Made by a program: the position numbers and the translations under genes
Notes under the pieces: generated by a model
What the model was told of the DNA's origin: nothing
What the model saw: only the letters and a program-made list of their open reading frames with translations
Database searches by the model: none
Shown: one piece after another, positions 12,660 to 26,300 of the stretch
Position numbering within the stretch: the stretch's first letter is position 1
How the letters are laid out: every line of letters starts with the position of its first letter
Origin: Selaginella moellendorffii
Lineage: Eukaryota; Plantae; Lycopodiophyta
Reading direction: 5' to 3'
DNA length: 64,000 nucleotides
Assembly (NCBI RefSeq): GCF_000143415.4
Contig: NW_003314276.1
Location: 443,164 to 507,163, forward strand

Positions 12660-13882
12660 CTACAAGCCTTTCTTTCGCGTAACATGGTCAAAAAGCACAG
12701 CTTGTTTATACTCGTGTGTTGGAATCTGCAAGGAACTATCAAGCTACATGAAATTCAAAGATGGACATACTTCAGTCCTCGTAGAGTTATCCCCTGGATC
12801 CATAGCAGCATGGACCTACACAAATACATTCTTCCAGTGATCCTAAAGAAGTAAAATGTAAGGAATTTCTTACATTCAACATCTTTCGGTCCTTTTTGCT
12901 TTTAAACATTACACCAGCATCGCCTTCTGCAACGACCTATGGTCAATAAATACCATAACTTAGTAATAGAAGTTTATCCTCATCTTGCCTGAAAATTCAA
13001 TGACGAGTTTTGAAATGTTTGCAGCGTAGTCCTGTAAAATAGTTTTAGTAAGGTACGGTTTCATAACTACAATATCTTATACCAATTATAATATGACAGG
13101 TCAAATAGTGCGGGAAGAAATCGCTTTTTGAGTTCGAACACTGGCTCCAAATCTTCAGTTCGTATTCTTTCCCCGTAATCAACATATCCTGAAATCTTCT
13201 TGCCCAGAATATTTTGACTTGGAAACGAGAATAAACAAACTTATGTTGACTTACTTCATGGCCCTTCGCATTGAAGTCTCGAATGTAGACAATTGTCTGT
13301 GTAGTTTGAAAGTCACAATTCTAGCAAAACACACAGGAAAAAGGATCGTTTGGTACCGATAATGTTCCGTTTCTAATTGGAATCTCTCTCTCTGCCAAAG
13401 CTTGAAGCACTGGGAAGCCTGAGAGATCCTTCCCAGATGAAAAGATTTTCTTGGGAACCTTTTTTAAGGCCTACAAAGACAGCATCTAAAATCATTAAGG
13501 AAAGCTAAAAATACATGTGTGTACCAGTAACCGTGCTTGCTCCGCAGCTTCCTTCTGAGCAACAAACTGACTTCTAGTCATAATTTCTGCGTTGCTTCGA
13601 TAGCTGATTAAAATTATTACATGATTGAGAATCTTAGGGGCAGAAAGATCTTCCTACCCAAGCTCGATTAGCTTTCTTGCTAGATCTATGTCCTCGAGGT
13701 AAAAGAGGTCGGTTGCAGATATTTGGCTGTCCAGATATTCTTCATAGCTGAAAAGGGTTTTCAAGTAAAAAACAAGAATCTGGAAATATTTACGTGGTAA
13801 ATGATTGTATAATTGTGTCTCCCATAGACCCCGCAAAAACGGGCATAGTCACCGTGGCTCGTCGTCTTAAAGAAGTTGCCAT
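12660..13882 (-). CDS. CFAP299: Cilia- and flagella-associated protein 299 (DUF4464/C4orf22-like), multi-exon
   Basis: Exons read [67 protein letters not shown]...[28 protein letters not shown]. Short introns. ATG at 13882, stop at 12660-12662. Confidence 0.9.
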
Positions 13883-14499
13883 TTGACTTGCTGTTCACGC
13901 CGAGTGTAACCTAGGAATTGTTAGTGATTCGAGTCGTGAACTGCAGATACGAAGACGGGGATAGCCCTAATGACAACCTCGATTCCTGTAATTAAAAGAG
14001 AGTGCCAAGTCACCCCGTGAAGAGTCGTTGTTGTTCAAAATGAAACTATCTGAGCTCCCAGCTGTTCTGGGAAAGTAAAATACTTTCTTGCCTGCCATGG
14101 CTATCGAAAACACATTCAATCGCCCAAAAACACTAAAAATTCAGAGAAGACGGCTAGATTACTCGTGATTCGTTCGTACACATATACAACCATAGCTCGC
14201 AGTTTTTGTTTTCTGGTCTCATTCATTCACTGGAGCTGGAGAGAATTATATTTGATTGGACTCTTTGAGACGTGACCCGGAAGGCCTGATAAACCTCTGG
14301 GAACCGCAATTGTGCTAAAGATATCAGGCGTCACAATGGCTTTAAAATATCAGTGACAGACTCAAAGCACTTCCAAGAACTTTCCAACTTTATGCTTGAG
14401 AGAGAAGGCTTGTGAGGCCTGATGAGAGTCCTCTCCACCTTTCACCATTTCCACCCAGGAAGTACATGCTTACCACCAAGAATGAAGTTCGTGAATGCA

Positions 14500-16960
14500 C
14501 TCTATGCTTACACAGTCAACTCTTTGCAAAATCTGGTATCCATCTTTTTGAAGTTTCTAGAGTACAATGCAAGGCCTGGAGCTTTATAGTGAACTCAAGA
14601 GAAGACATCGATAAGTGTTTTGGATTGAAAAGAGAGGTCTTTCTCGGCATAGAAAGCAGAAAGCTCTCCCAAGTTTGACACCAATGGGAGGCCAACATGA
14701 CCCAACTTCAGTTTTGCTAAAGGAGACGGCACTAACGGTAATAAATGCCTGACGATCTAGAAGTTTGCTAAAGAATGTTGAAGCTCGCCTCATCTTTGAA
14801 GTAAATCTCAAATTTACCTCATGTTGAGCTTCAAGCATTCGACGCTGCAGAATTAATAAAATATCACGGAAGATCTATCTCCAAGATTTGATTAGCTGAA
14901 ACTCTTACCTAAGAAGCATCCAGCCATCGAATTAAACTCTTGAGCTCTAGATCACCACAAAAATGACCGCATTCCCAATGACCAGTTGCTAAGCACATCT
15001 TCACCTCCATTTTGGTCCAGAAACCCACAGAAGGCTCGCTGCAAAAGAAAAAGAAAAAGAAAAACTGTAGAACTCACTAGACAAAACTGGCCACGATCAG
15101 TACAGCTGTGCACTCAGCCTTTCGTCTATGGTCGCCAGCAAGAACGAAGCTTTTTCGCTGAGCCAGGTTACTCCGGTGGCCGCGCCAGTGAGCCTGACTG
15201 ACCCTCTCACCTCGTCCCTAGCTGGCAGATTGTCCGTAACTGAAAGCATAAGACATAAGCACCTGGAATGGAAATCCAATGAGTTTACCCTTCATACTAG
15301 ACAAGCATGAAAAATATCTTCCTGCATGGTGAGCCATTAGTGGTTAATTATCCGTGAATATGAAAGATATTACCTGTACACAGCCACTTTTTTGTTAAAT
15401 CAACCTCCAAAACTTTGCCACCAATATGATTGCTTAAAGTCGCCAGCCTCGGACACCTGATGGAAAAAATTAAATTTTGCGAGAAAAACAGAACCAGCAA
15501 TACCTGACTAGCACTAATTGTGCAGTCTTTCTCGCCCGAGGTAAGACGCTTATCTTCATTGCAACAGAACATCAGCAACCAGAGAAAAAAGATACAGCTC
15601 GTGAAGATATTACTCCAACCACAGCTTCATACATTTCCTGCTTGTCGAATGTTTCTTGAACCATAGGACCCTGTAATCCTCGAGATGATTTGGAGTGATG
15701 ATCAAGTTCTCAGTCACCAGCCCAAAAATGATCATGTTCGAACATAATGTAAGACATTGATCATCAGTCATTGTAACCTGTAAGACATAAGAGTTCAAGC
15801 TGTGCCAACTTATGAGAACAATGCAAAGCTGAAAAACTGTGATGAACGAATTTACAAAGATCCTGAAGTCAGGCCTAATGCAAACTCCGTCCTTTTCATG
15901 ACTTGAAATCTAACACCTGAGAACATAAAGAGACAAAGAGCCATGATCTCTGCCATGCTTGGGAAGTACGATTATAGTGGGTGTCATCACCGAGCCACTG
16001 GTGAGAAAATATGGCAAAAGAGACTTTCTCGGGAAACAAACAACATAACAGCTGTAAAGGAGAGAACAGCTTCCAAATGGCTAGTGTGGTCATGTTTGAA
16101 ACGCTAACCTGTAGGCACACACAAAGAAAAAGTGAAGAATGCAGAGAATTATCCAAGAGTCTTTATGCTTGAACTTAACTCATTACCAATTATCTTCAGC
16201 AACATCTCTATCAGGACGAGGGTTGTGTAGAAACAATGAAGTTTCTAGAGGTTGCCTTGAGAATGAGTTAGACAGATAGCTCGTCCTGATCTAAGCAAAA
16301 AAACGCTGTCGAATGAGAAAGAATATAGAATTACCTGCTGATTGATGTGGTGTCCATCATTCCCTTCTTCATTGTCTTTGTGTGCCGATATTAAAATTTC
16401 TGCCATTTCTCTAGAACTATTAGTTCAGCTGCAAGCTTTGCAATTAAGTAAACTCTACCTCTTTCTACTTGTTCTCAGTTGTGTTTTAGAAAAAAAGAAA
16501 GAAGCAGATGTCTACATCTTAACTTTTTCAAAGCTACTTACAGTCTGCCAATCCACGAAGGGATGTCACTACAATGTCTCTTTTCTACTTGGATTTTACT
16601 CTCTCAGCTTGCATCCCACACTGAACAAGGTGTTCTTCACAGGAGGTCGAGATTCTGCATGCTGCATGCAGGACATGGCTTTGTCTTCCTGATTTTATAT
16701 GAAGTTCAGCAATCCAAGCAAGAAGATGCTGATCTTCATCCTAGATGAACCTGGAACAGTAACCATGCAACACAAAAGAGAAAGTCTGAGAATAGCATAG
16801 TCAAATGAGAGTTCTGGCAATGGTGGAATAAGAACATAGATATCATAATCCAGTAGTAAATAACAAAGATAAAGAGGTTTAGGTTTGCCTGGACTATATT
16901 ACATCTCTTTCTGGTTCCTCACCACCCAACCACTTCAAGCTACCTCAAAAGCTCCACCAT
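14500..16960 (-). pseudogene. Unidentified multi-exon gene-like sequence, probably decayed, with weak WD40-like hints
   Basis: Regular GT/AG-bounded coding-like blocks, and DKRLTSGEKDCTI resembles a WD strand. No stop-free gene model could be assembled. Confidence 0.3.
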
Positions 16961-19900
16961 GCCACCGCTCCTAATGTGAGACTCTATAGTAGGTTAGGTA
17001 TCAGCATTAGAAGAATAATGATGTGGTAAAATTTGGCACTTAACAATTCATCCCTTCTATCCCAAGGATGAGTTGAATTGGTGATCACTTTTTATAGGGA
17101 ACTTTACTCAAACTCCTGGTCCGTCATCCAAAGCCTTATACATCAAAGAGTCACTGGGCTCTTCACTCCAAGATAGCACACTTTCAACTCACTTACATAA
17201 AATATTGGATGAATCTTCACACTGATCTAATAAGTTGCATTATCAATGTGCTCCAACACTTTATATAAATCAACATATCAGTGAGAAAGTTTGTCACTCT
17301 TCCCACTTTCCAAAGGCACTAAGATGTTTTAACACTCACTTGACAAAAAGACCACTCACACAAAAATGATATATCCCACTTGATATTCCCTACACTGACA
17401 ATGCTCATTGACAAACTTCTCAACCCTAACCGAAGCATCTTACAAGTTTCATTTGCACATCACCAGAATCATAATGAGCCAAAGATTGTGGCTTTTGGAA
17501 TTTATGTAGTTTTTCACAATAAAAGCCACTTAACATGATGGCTTTTTTAGTCGTGTAATGCTGAAGAGGCTTTTATTATAGTATTCTATAATGGTTTTAT
17601 CTTTAGATGTGGCATTCGATTATAATTACTTGAGTGAATAGTGGCTTTCAACAATGACAAATGTATTATGTGTGGATTTACAAACTGGTTATAGCTTAAA
17701 TAAAGAACATAATATGCTAACAATAAAGATAAATATATTTAAATTAAAATATGATCAATATAATGGTATATAATATTTTTATGGATGTGGTAATGGAATA
17801 TAGAGTTATTGGAAATTCTGCATTCTTAAAGATTTTTTGATTTTATGGGTCTGTTTGTTATAATTCCTTCTAAGAGACACTATGTGTAAGAGCAAGGTTT
17901 AAATCTAAGCTTTTCTATAATTATTATTATATTCTCTAAAATATTAAAAATACAAGAGTTTGATATCTATTTTATTATTATATTATTAATGGTTATAAAA
18001 TTATGATTTAGAGTTATATATTTATGATTTCTCAATATTGAGATTATTGATAATGATTAACCTTAAAAATTATAATCATAAAATCTAAAGATAAAATGAC
18101 TTGTAAAATACTGATGATCCATTTATATTTTTAACACCTGATTTCCTATGACTTTTATGAAATCTCTTTGTTATGAGACAACTTTGCTGTAGTTGAAGTT
18201 TAACCATTATACTAAAGATAAAGAGAATAGTTTTTATTTATTTCTTCAAATTGAAACTACACTTATAATAGTCAGCATTATGTGTGAATCCAGTATTGAT
18301 TTCCAAATACATAAAAGGAACTTGTGAAATTTTATGTTTGTCATTAGTGTTATGCAATTATATTCTCTGGCTCTCCCTTCTAGGCTAGGTCAGCAGCACC
18401 ATCTCTCCTTCTCTCCTAGCAAGATCTCTCTTGGCTGGCACTCTCTCCATGGAAGCCATTACTCCACCATGGTGCTGCTTCTCAGCTGTCATTGCTGTGA
18501 TTAGGTTTGGTTTAGGGGTGTTGATTGCCACAGCAGCAACAGTAACTTTGCGTCTCCAACTAGAGGCTTAAGTTCTGCAGCCTTGAAGCAATCTTCCACT
18601 TCCACAGAGCCTATCCCCTCCACTTCAACAGCCTCATTGCTCATCTGGCTTCCTATTTTTTATTTATTTTTATTTTTTTCTATGAGCCTCTTCTTGTCCT
18701 TTTGGTAAGAGTGGCAGTAAGAAAAACAAGCTTCCGAAGGAAACATGTGCTTGCTAAGGAGGTCTTCTTAGCTGTTAGAGTAGACCATAGGAAATCACAC
18801 AAGGCAACTAATCTCCAAGGAAGTATGGAGCAGTACCAGCAGCAAATGGAAGCTTCAGGTTCTTGATATAGTTCTTTTTATTTTTTTATTTCCAATTTTT
18901 AAGATATCACATTGTCTAGAGCTGGAATATTATACAAGAAGGTAATAATTAATTTATAGCTAATGGATTTAAGTCCTTGCTCTATATTTTCTAGCTTTAA
19001 TAGAACCCACTAATAGACTTTATAGAAATTAAAAACATTAGAAGATTGCTGGGAACTATGATCTATTGAACCAGCATGATCTATTGCTATAATATGACCA
19101 AAGTAGGCTGAGGCTGGTTATAGACCCCCTTGTGACATATGGTGATTTTGCTCTGGTTGTGGGACATGCAATGGAATGGTATCCAATGCTACTTGGTAGC
19201 TCTGAAGATCAAGCCATATAAAATTTGAAAAAACAGTAAAGAATATGACTTTGAACCTTCATTGTGATAATTGTGTTACTAAAAAACGTTATGGCAAACA
19301 CAGATATGTAACATGAAATAACAGTGTGTTGCATGGAGCAACAGTAGTGTTATTTGTGTTTAGCATTATTTATCAATAAAATTGATCAAATAGAAGTTTA
19401 TAATTATTTATAAGCACAAGATTAATCTTATTGTATATCAATCATTAGATGGTAGAATAAATTAGAGTATACAGGGTGTATTTAGGAAAGTCTATAAATG
19501 ATAAACATATATATATAAATTATAAATAAAAGACTAATCTTAATGAAAAACAAACCACTAGACAGTAGAATATCCCAAATATCAAGGTATATCAACTACC
19601 CTTTTCGTTCACATAAGAAAAGAAAAAACAGTTTAGTATTTATAGTACTTTTTATATATCAAATTGAAAAATTAAAAAAGTAAAGTATAGATTTAAAAAA
19701 TCACTTAAAAATTATATTTATTCATAAAATAATATCTACAATCACAAAAATAAATATTTAGGACTAGAAAACAATATGATAATATAGTCTAGGTGATTTT
19801 TCATTCAATAAAGTTAATTTCAATAAAATCCATATTCAGTAGACATGTCAACCCATAGTAATAAATAAAAATCATTATAGTTCTCAAAGAAAATTACAAT

Positions 19901-20138
19901 TCCACATATTGCATTTTGATATTAAAATAGAAGTAGAGCTGTAATACCCTTTTTGAGGATATACAATAGAATCTTGTATTATGCTTAAACAAACAGTATC
20001 TATTTCCAAATATTTGAAGCAATAATATATTATAAAATGTGTAAAATATAAAAAATACAGATTTCTTTATAAATTTTACATTAATATCAAATCATCACAG
20101 TTATAACAATCCATACTAGCTAATTGGTTTTTTATGGC

Positions 20139-20301
20139 TGTAGTGCATGTGATCATGGGATGAGATTTAGATATATTGTCACCATGGATCCTTAGAACTT
20201 TGGGGGATAAATGAAAATAAAATAGCCACTAAAGGCTCTCTCATCAAGCAATTACCCCTCTTTCCAGTTAGCTTAAGGGGAAAAAGATAAGGTGTGCTAC
20301 A
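20139..20301 (+). repeat. Solo LTR of the TRIM family at 54553-55228, opposite orientation
   Basis: TGTAGTGCA...GTGTGCTACA is the diverged reverse complement of the 162-bp TRIM LTR. Flanks ATGGC/GTGGC form a TSD with 1 mismatch. Confidence 0.85.
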
Positions 20302-23300
20302 GTGGCCCTAATCTCAATCGCACTTTTTAATGACCTATTTTACTATATTTAAAATTATTTGCAATTAAATTGCATTAATTAAAATTGCAATTAAAATTCT
20401 TAAATATTTTTTTATCATTATGTGATTATTGTATCATTTCAAACAAGAACTATGTCATATTTAAAAATCTTAATACTTTATCATCATTTAAGTAGCTCAT
20501 TTTTTTATTATAATTCTTAAAAAAGTGGGGTTTCTAGCTCATGATTCATCCATGAGTTTCCTTCTTCATCATATTATTAAAATAGTAGAGAAAATTTTAA
20601 AAACACTATGACTAATAGTGATAGCCATTCCATAAAGCTTCTATAAAAGCTTGTTATGTATGTTATGGTTAATGTGAACTTTTGAAATATAAAGATGAAT
20701 ATGAAGTTTTCAAAATTACTAAATAACAGAAATGTATAAAACACACCCAGTGAATATATATTTAGAAATTTCATGTGGCTAAAACTTCGGTATGCATCAA
20801 GAAGTGTTTGTGAAATATGTAATTACCCTAGAGTAACTCAATAACAATAATTACTATTAATGGTAATTGTGATCTTATATAGATATAATTAATTCTTTAT
20901 AATAGGCTCATAACATATAAAGTTTTAGTTGTAAATATAATTAGTTTAACAATTTAGTATTTAGCTTTTATATGACAAATTATTATATACTTTTAAACTA
21001 GACAATTCTATGTAGTGAATGAATTTATATATATAATTAAAAACTGAAGATAAAAAGTTCCATTTTTTAAAATCCTAAAAAGCTTAATATTACTATTTTA
21101 TGCAAGAGACAATTGAGAAGAATAATTAAATTAACATAACTGGATTAGATAAAATAGTGGTAATATTTGCTGAAACTACTAAGAATTAAAGATGAAGTAG
21201 GGATAAAGCTGTTTAACTTTTTATATTTAAGCATAAAAGATTAAAAGTTAAGAAACTTTATTTGATATTTTAAATTTCATATAAGAAATTAGTACTTAAT
21301 TGATTCAGTGCTATACTAAAATAATTACATATACTTACTTTTATTTTGCAAAGTGGGAACATGGTAGATATTGAAAATATTATCAAATTAAAAATATAAA
21401 TGTGGTATGAACTATAATAAATCATATATTCTATAGCTTAAATTAGAGGAGTTTGAACATCTCTAGCTATTTTCTCTTGTAAATTACTTTTACATTCATC
21501 AATAATGTTATGGTCATCAGTGAAATTAATCACATTGAGTTTTTTGTTGGCTTAGACATAGTCTAAGATTTGTGCAATATCATAAATTTCTAACATTATG
21601 TTTACATTATTAAGTTATGCATTGCTACATAAAACATTTAATAAGGTAGAAATATGACTGCAACAATATTCACACAAGGCTTACACAAACAGACTACAAT
21701 TTGAAGAAAATATGATTTGTCATCATTTAAATTTATACTATTATTAAATCTATGTAGATATCATTCTTGGATTTTCTGATATATTATATTTAGAAAAAAA
21801 TTGTATCAATGAGACCCTATCTGTCAAGAACTTTTTATATTTTATTTATTTCTATTTAAATTTAAGGCTAAGTTATGGAAGCTAAAAACTTATAATAACA
21901 TATAAATGTAATATTTTAAATATTCTTATTTCACATCATCATTTTCTCTATATAAAAACACATACAGAAAGAATTGAACAGGATTTTGAGGTTCGGGTCA
22001 TCACAAGTCCCTCCATAAAGGATCAATGGCAGGATTTGTTAGTTGCAAAACATTAATCTTTATGTCCATCCAAAGCTAATGCTCTAGTTAACATAGAGCA
22101 TCTATCCACAGCCTCATAAATGATTGGATTGTTAGTCACTTGAGAATTCACAGTTTATGATTTTTTTGAGGATTGTGTTGCTCAGAAATCATTGGATTGT
22201 GAGTTGGCAAATCCATAAACTTGTCAAGCCGTGTAAAGTATGCTTAGCCTGATAAAAAGTTCCCATCTCATTATGTCTTGCACTGGCTAGTGACTAAAGA
22301 GCCTAATAAAATGCAGTATGGTAAACCATTTTAACAGTTATACATTCTTATGTTTAACGCAGTAGAGTTGGGTTTCCCACCACTCTTGACAAAGCTAGCA
22401 AGCAACAGCAATGCTAATAACAAAGAGGAGGCCTTGAAGGGCATGGTGAACGTGTTTCACAAGGATCCACTGATGAAAACAGCAAGTAGAAAAAGCTGCA
22501 AAAGAAAACATTATTTGCGTATCATGAATCAATGTAACCTGTTGTTTCTCTTATGCAGATCAGGCAAATGTTCTCTTTGACTTTGAGACGTTACATTTTG
22601 GTGTAACTGGAGGAATTGCTTTGGCCACCCACCTATCTTGAGGCAGACAAGTTTAGTAAACCTTGTCACTGCTAGAACGAATCAACAAGCAGAGGAGAAA
22701 AAAAGAGCCAGAGCCACCTCTACTGCTCAACATCTAGACTTTCTGTACACCTGTTTTTCTTTGACTTTGAGACATTATATTTGCAATAATACGAGGAATT
22801 GCGTTTTTCTTTCCCAACTCGCTCGTGCATTTATCGTGATTTGTTTATGCAACCATGCCAGGTCAAGGGATCGGCAGAAATTATGAGGAATCAGAAAAAT
22901 AAAGTATAAGAAAGTGAAAGCAATTTAAGGAATAGAAAATCGGGGTTCTTTCTAAGAAAGAGAGTTGGCTATGGTGGCTCTGCGAGATTTAGCTGTAGCT
23001 TCTACTTGCACTGGCTTTCTAGGATGTCAGTGAAGAATAACAAGGTGCATCCATTGATTTTATAGAAAATTTGATAAATTGTACTTCGAAAGGTCTCCAA
23101 AGATGATAGAATCCTTTAAAGTCGAAAAATCCATGACGATGAAATTGAGTGTGTTAACTGGAACTGCGGGAAGAATAACCATTTTGCAAGCAGCATGCCT
23201 TGACATGGTTTAAAATCTTCTTGAAATAAAAAAACCTTTCTGTTGATTGTGTGAATTGTGTAGCTTCTCAGCTTAATATACGATTTTTTTTCATTTAATT

Positions 23301-23316
23301 TGATGCAAATGTAATT

Positions 23317-26300
23317 CTATTGGCACTGTCTAGAACTTCTGGTGCAGCTAGTGAAGCTATTTTCACACATATCCTTGACAATGCCAAATAAAAGACTGTC
23401 CAGAACAAGTTCCACCATGTTCTTCTGAGTCACTTTAAAAGCATCCTCCCAAGCAAGTTTGTCTAGTTTTATCTTTGCCTTAGTGCAATCAGCTCCCTGG
23501 CTTGACAATCCTTTGATCTCTTCAAAGTAGACCACTCGCTTGTCATCGAAGGCCCGGAAGGAGCTCTGATCGCTATCTTTGGCCTCTTCAAAAAGCAACT
23601 CTTGGAGCATCTCCATGAGCATCAGACCTGCCATCTCTGATTGGACCTCTCTTGATGATTCATTCAGCCTTTTCTCATCTTGGCCGTCCCGAAAGGAGAT
23701 AAATTCCTTCATAACCCGCTCGCTTGTCGAATGAAACTTTTCAGCCGTGTGCACTTCCGTGTTGACAGTGAGAAAGAGAACCTGGTCGGGCGGAACAGCA
23801 ATCTTGGGTGGTGTCGGCAGTGCTGACAGGGGCCTGGGTGTAAAGTGTGGTAACCTGCCTCGCATTCCTTCAGGACACTGGTTAATGACTGGAATGTGCC
23901 TGAACATTTTGTTGTAAACTCCTGTGCCGAGTCTATACCCGTCTCTGTCAATCACTTCTTCAGGAGTCGATGGCTGGATAAGAACTTGCCGGGGAGGTGG
24001 CTCCAAATTCACGACGGCAATGTCGCAATAGAGAGTTGTCATAAAGTACTGAGGCTGAATCCCGGCCCTGAATCTCACCTTGCATAGAATCTCTTCCTGT
24101 GGCTGGATAACTCCACTCCGAGGAAACACGTCAAAGTCACCGTATATCATAAAATCGGCTGCCATGCTGTTCCTCCAATTGTAAGACACCTCATACTCAT
24201 CTGAGACGTTTTGGATGCTCACCAGCTTCTGAGTAAGGGTGAGCTCCTTGACGTGGCCAAAGTCCAAGAACTCAGTTGAGAGCTTGGCCGGCAACCCAGA
24301 CCACACGTACGCTTTTCCAAAGGGCGGCCTTAGCTGTGTGTAACGGAGAGAGGCTCTCTCCGTGGAGCTGAATCCCATTCCCTGGATGTCGAGGTTGTTT
24401 TGCTTTCCACCCTCGACGTAGAAAGTTAGTCTGACTGAATAAAGTTTTGGTTCCAGTGGCTGAAAGAGCCATTTCAAAAGAATAGATTCCGAAGGAGCTA
24501 TCCATCCTTTGGGATTAAAGCACTGGAGCACAGGAAACCCATGGTTCTCGTCTTGCATCTGTCGCAGAGGGCTGGTGTCGAGCTCGTACACTAGTTCCAT
24601 GTAGCCATCGTTCCGGAGCTCATAAGTTTGGACTGGTGGATTAATGTCTCCGATGACAATGGGCACGAGAGTATAGGCTGGACTCTGTAAACCCAGAATC
24701 TTCTGTGAGAAAGGAAGGGTTTTGCCACTGAGCATCAACTGGACCACGCAGCCACCCTCTATCTCAAAAATGGCAGGGAAACTGTGAAAGCCTTCAATTT
24801 TGTGGTAGTAGGTGAATCTCACATGTACTTCCTCGCCTGGCTGGATCACCCCTCGCCTCGGTTCCACCTCAAAGAGCTTCATTTTCCAGACCTGCACCAG
24901 TCGCTTTTCTTCTTCGCTTGGCTCGCCATCTTCTACCCAGCTTTCCATGTCAACCTCGGTGTCATTCCAAAGCCGAATCTTCCATGAGACCGTGAGAGGA
25001 ACTCGACAAGTAAAAACAATGTGCACCACTGAAGGCTTCCGTCCGACATTTTGAGCCATAAACCGGAGCATGAATGGCTTAAAGTCGTCCAGTGGCTTTC
25101 CAAGGCCAAAAAGATACTTGTAGACCGAGTTCGTAAGAGCTGGTCTTGGAGGCTCGCTCAGCGCGTGATTCAAGTCGTCTATCCGCAAGCGACTCCAGAG
25201 CTGAGCAGCGCTGAGCCTTTCACTCCTAACCCCCGAAATAACTACAGCTGGATACGCAGCAACAGCCGAGAAAGCACATGTTGTGTAAGCGCCGACAGGC
25301 TTGTGCTTGGCAAGACATTCGTCAGTTGTGGGAGCCAGCGTTTTGCATTGGATGTCCATCTTATAATGTATATTGTACTTGAGCGTAAACAACACCATAA
25401 CGTCCTTGTATGATTTGGGTGCTATAGAGTCTGTAGGAGTGTCGAAAGTAATCGAGTACTTGTCTGAGGTAATGGACAATGAGTGGCAGCTAAGAGCATA
25501 TTCCAGGAGACCCTTGGTAGAATTGTATAAGCTAAGCTTGTGTTCGTATTGGTTATTGACTACTAGCATCCCAAAGTCGGCCCTTCCGGGCTCCACAGTG
25601 ATAACTCCAACTAGTCCCTCTCCATCAATGTCCAATGTGAAATAATCCGTTTTGGGAGTTGGACAGTTCCTCGTCAGGACTTTGTGCTCTTGGTAATAGG
25701 CCGTCTCAATGCAACCAGAGTAGGAGCAGGATATTTGAAACGAGTAGTACTTCTCATCAAGTGGACTAAAAGTGCAAATCACCTCCTGCTTTTCCTTTCC
25801 TCGTAAAACTCCAGATGCCGGAGAGAGAGAAATTATGTCTCCATATTCCATCGGCACGAGGCAGTCATACTGCAAAGCAATGTCACTTGTGTTGGTGAGG
25901 GTAATTGGTAAATGTTCTCGCGTGCCAATGTTTGTTGGCTTAAAACAAATGCTGGTGCCATTAGAAACCTCCATCTGGAGTAACAGTCTGTCAGGATTGT
26001 TTGGACATAAGTAGATTTCATTTGCACCTTGGGGATATGAGAACTTGCATACAAAGTGATAAGAAGCTCATCGACCATTGAATGATTTAATCTACAGATA
26101 ATCTTGTTGGCAAAAAACCCCAGGTGACCAGCAGTAAATCTGAAGCTAATAAGCTGAAAGCCATTACCTGGAATAACACCCTCCATAGGAGTCAGTGAAA
26201 ACTCGGGCCAAAGAAACTCCCGAGGAAAGAAAAATCTGCACAGCTGTCATAAATGATCAAAAACTAGACTTACCTTCTTCAAACTACCTCAAGGCAGTGT

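Noticed and set aside
17460-17700. CACTA-like subterminal GTGGCTTTT/AAAAGCCAC repeats
   Set aside because: No CACTA terminus, partner end or TSD could be found.
21990-22280. Possible gypsy PPT and LTR start on the minus strand
   Set aside because: Too decayed; no second LTR or coding motif.
26284-26286. Apparent premature TAG in CFAP65
   Set aside because: It lies in a 52-nt intron (AG|GTAGTT...TGCAG|A) that restores the frame.
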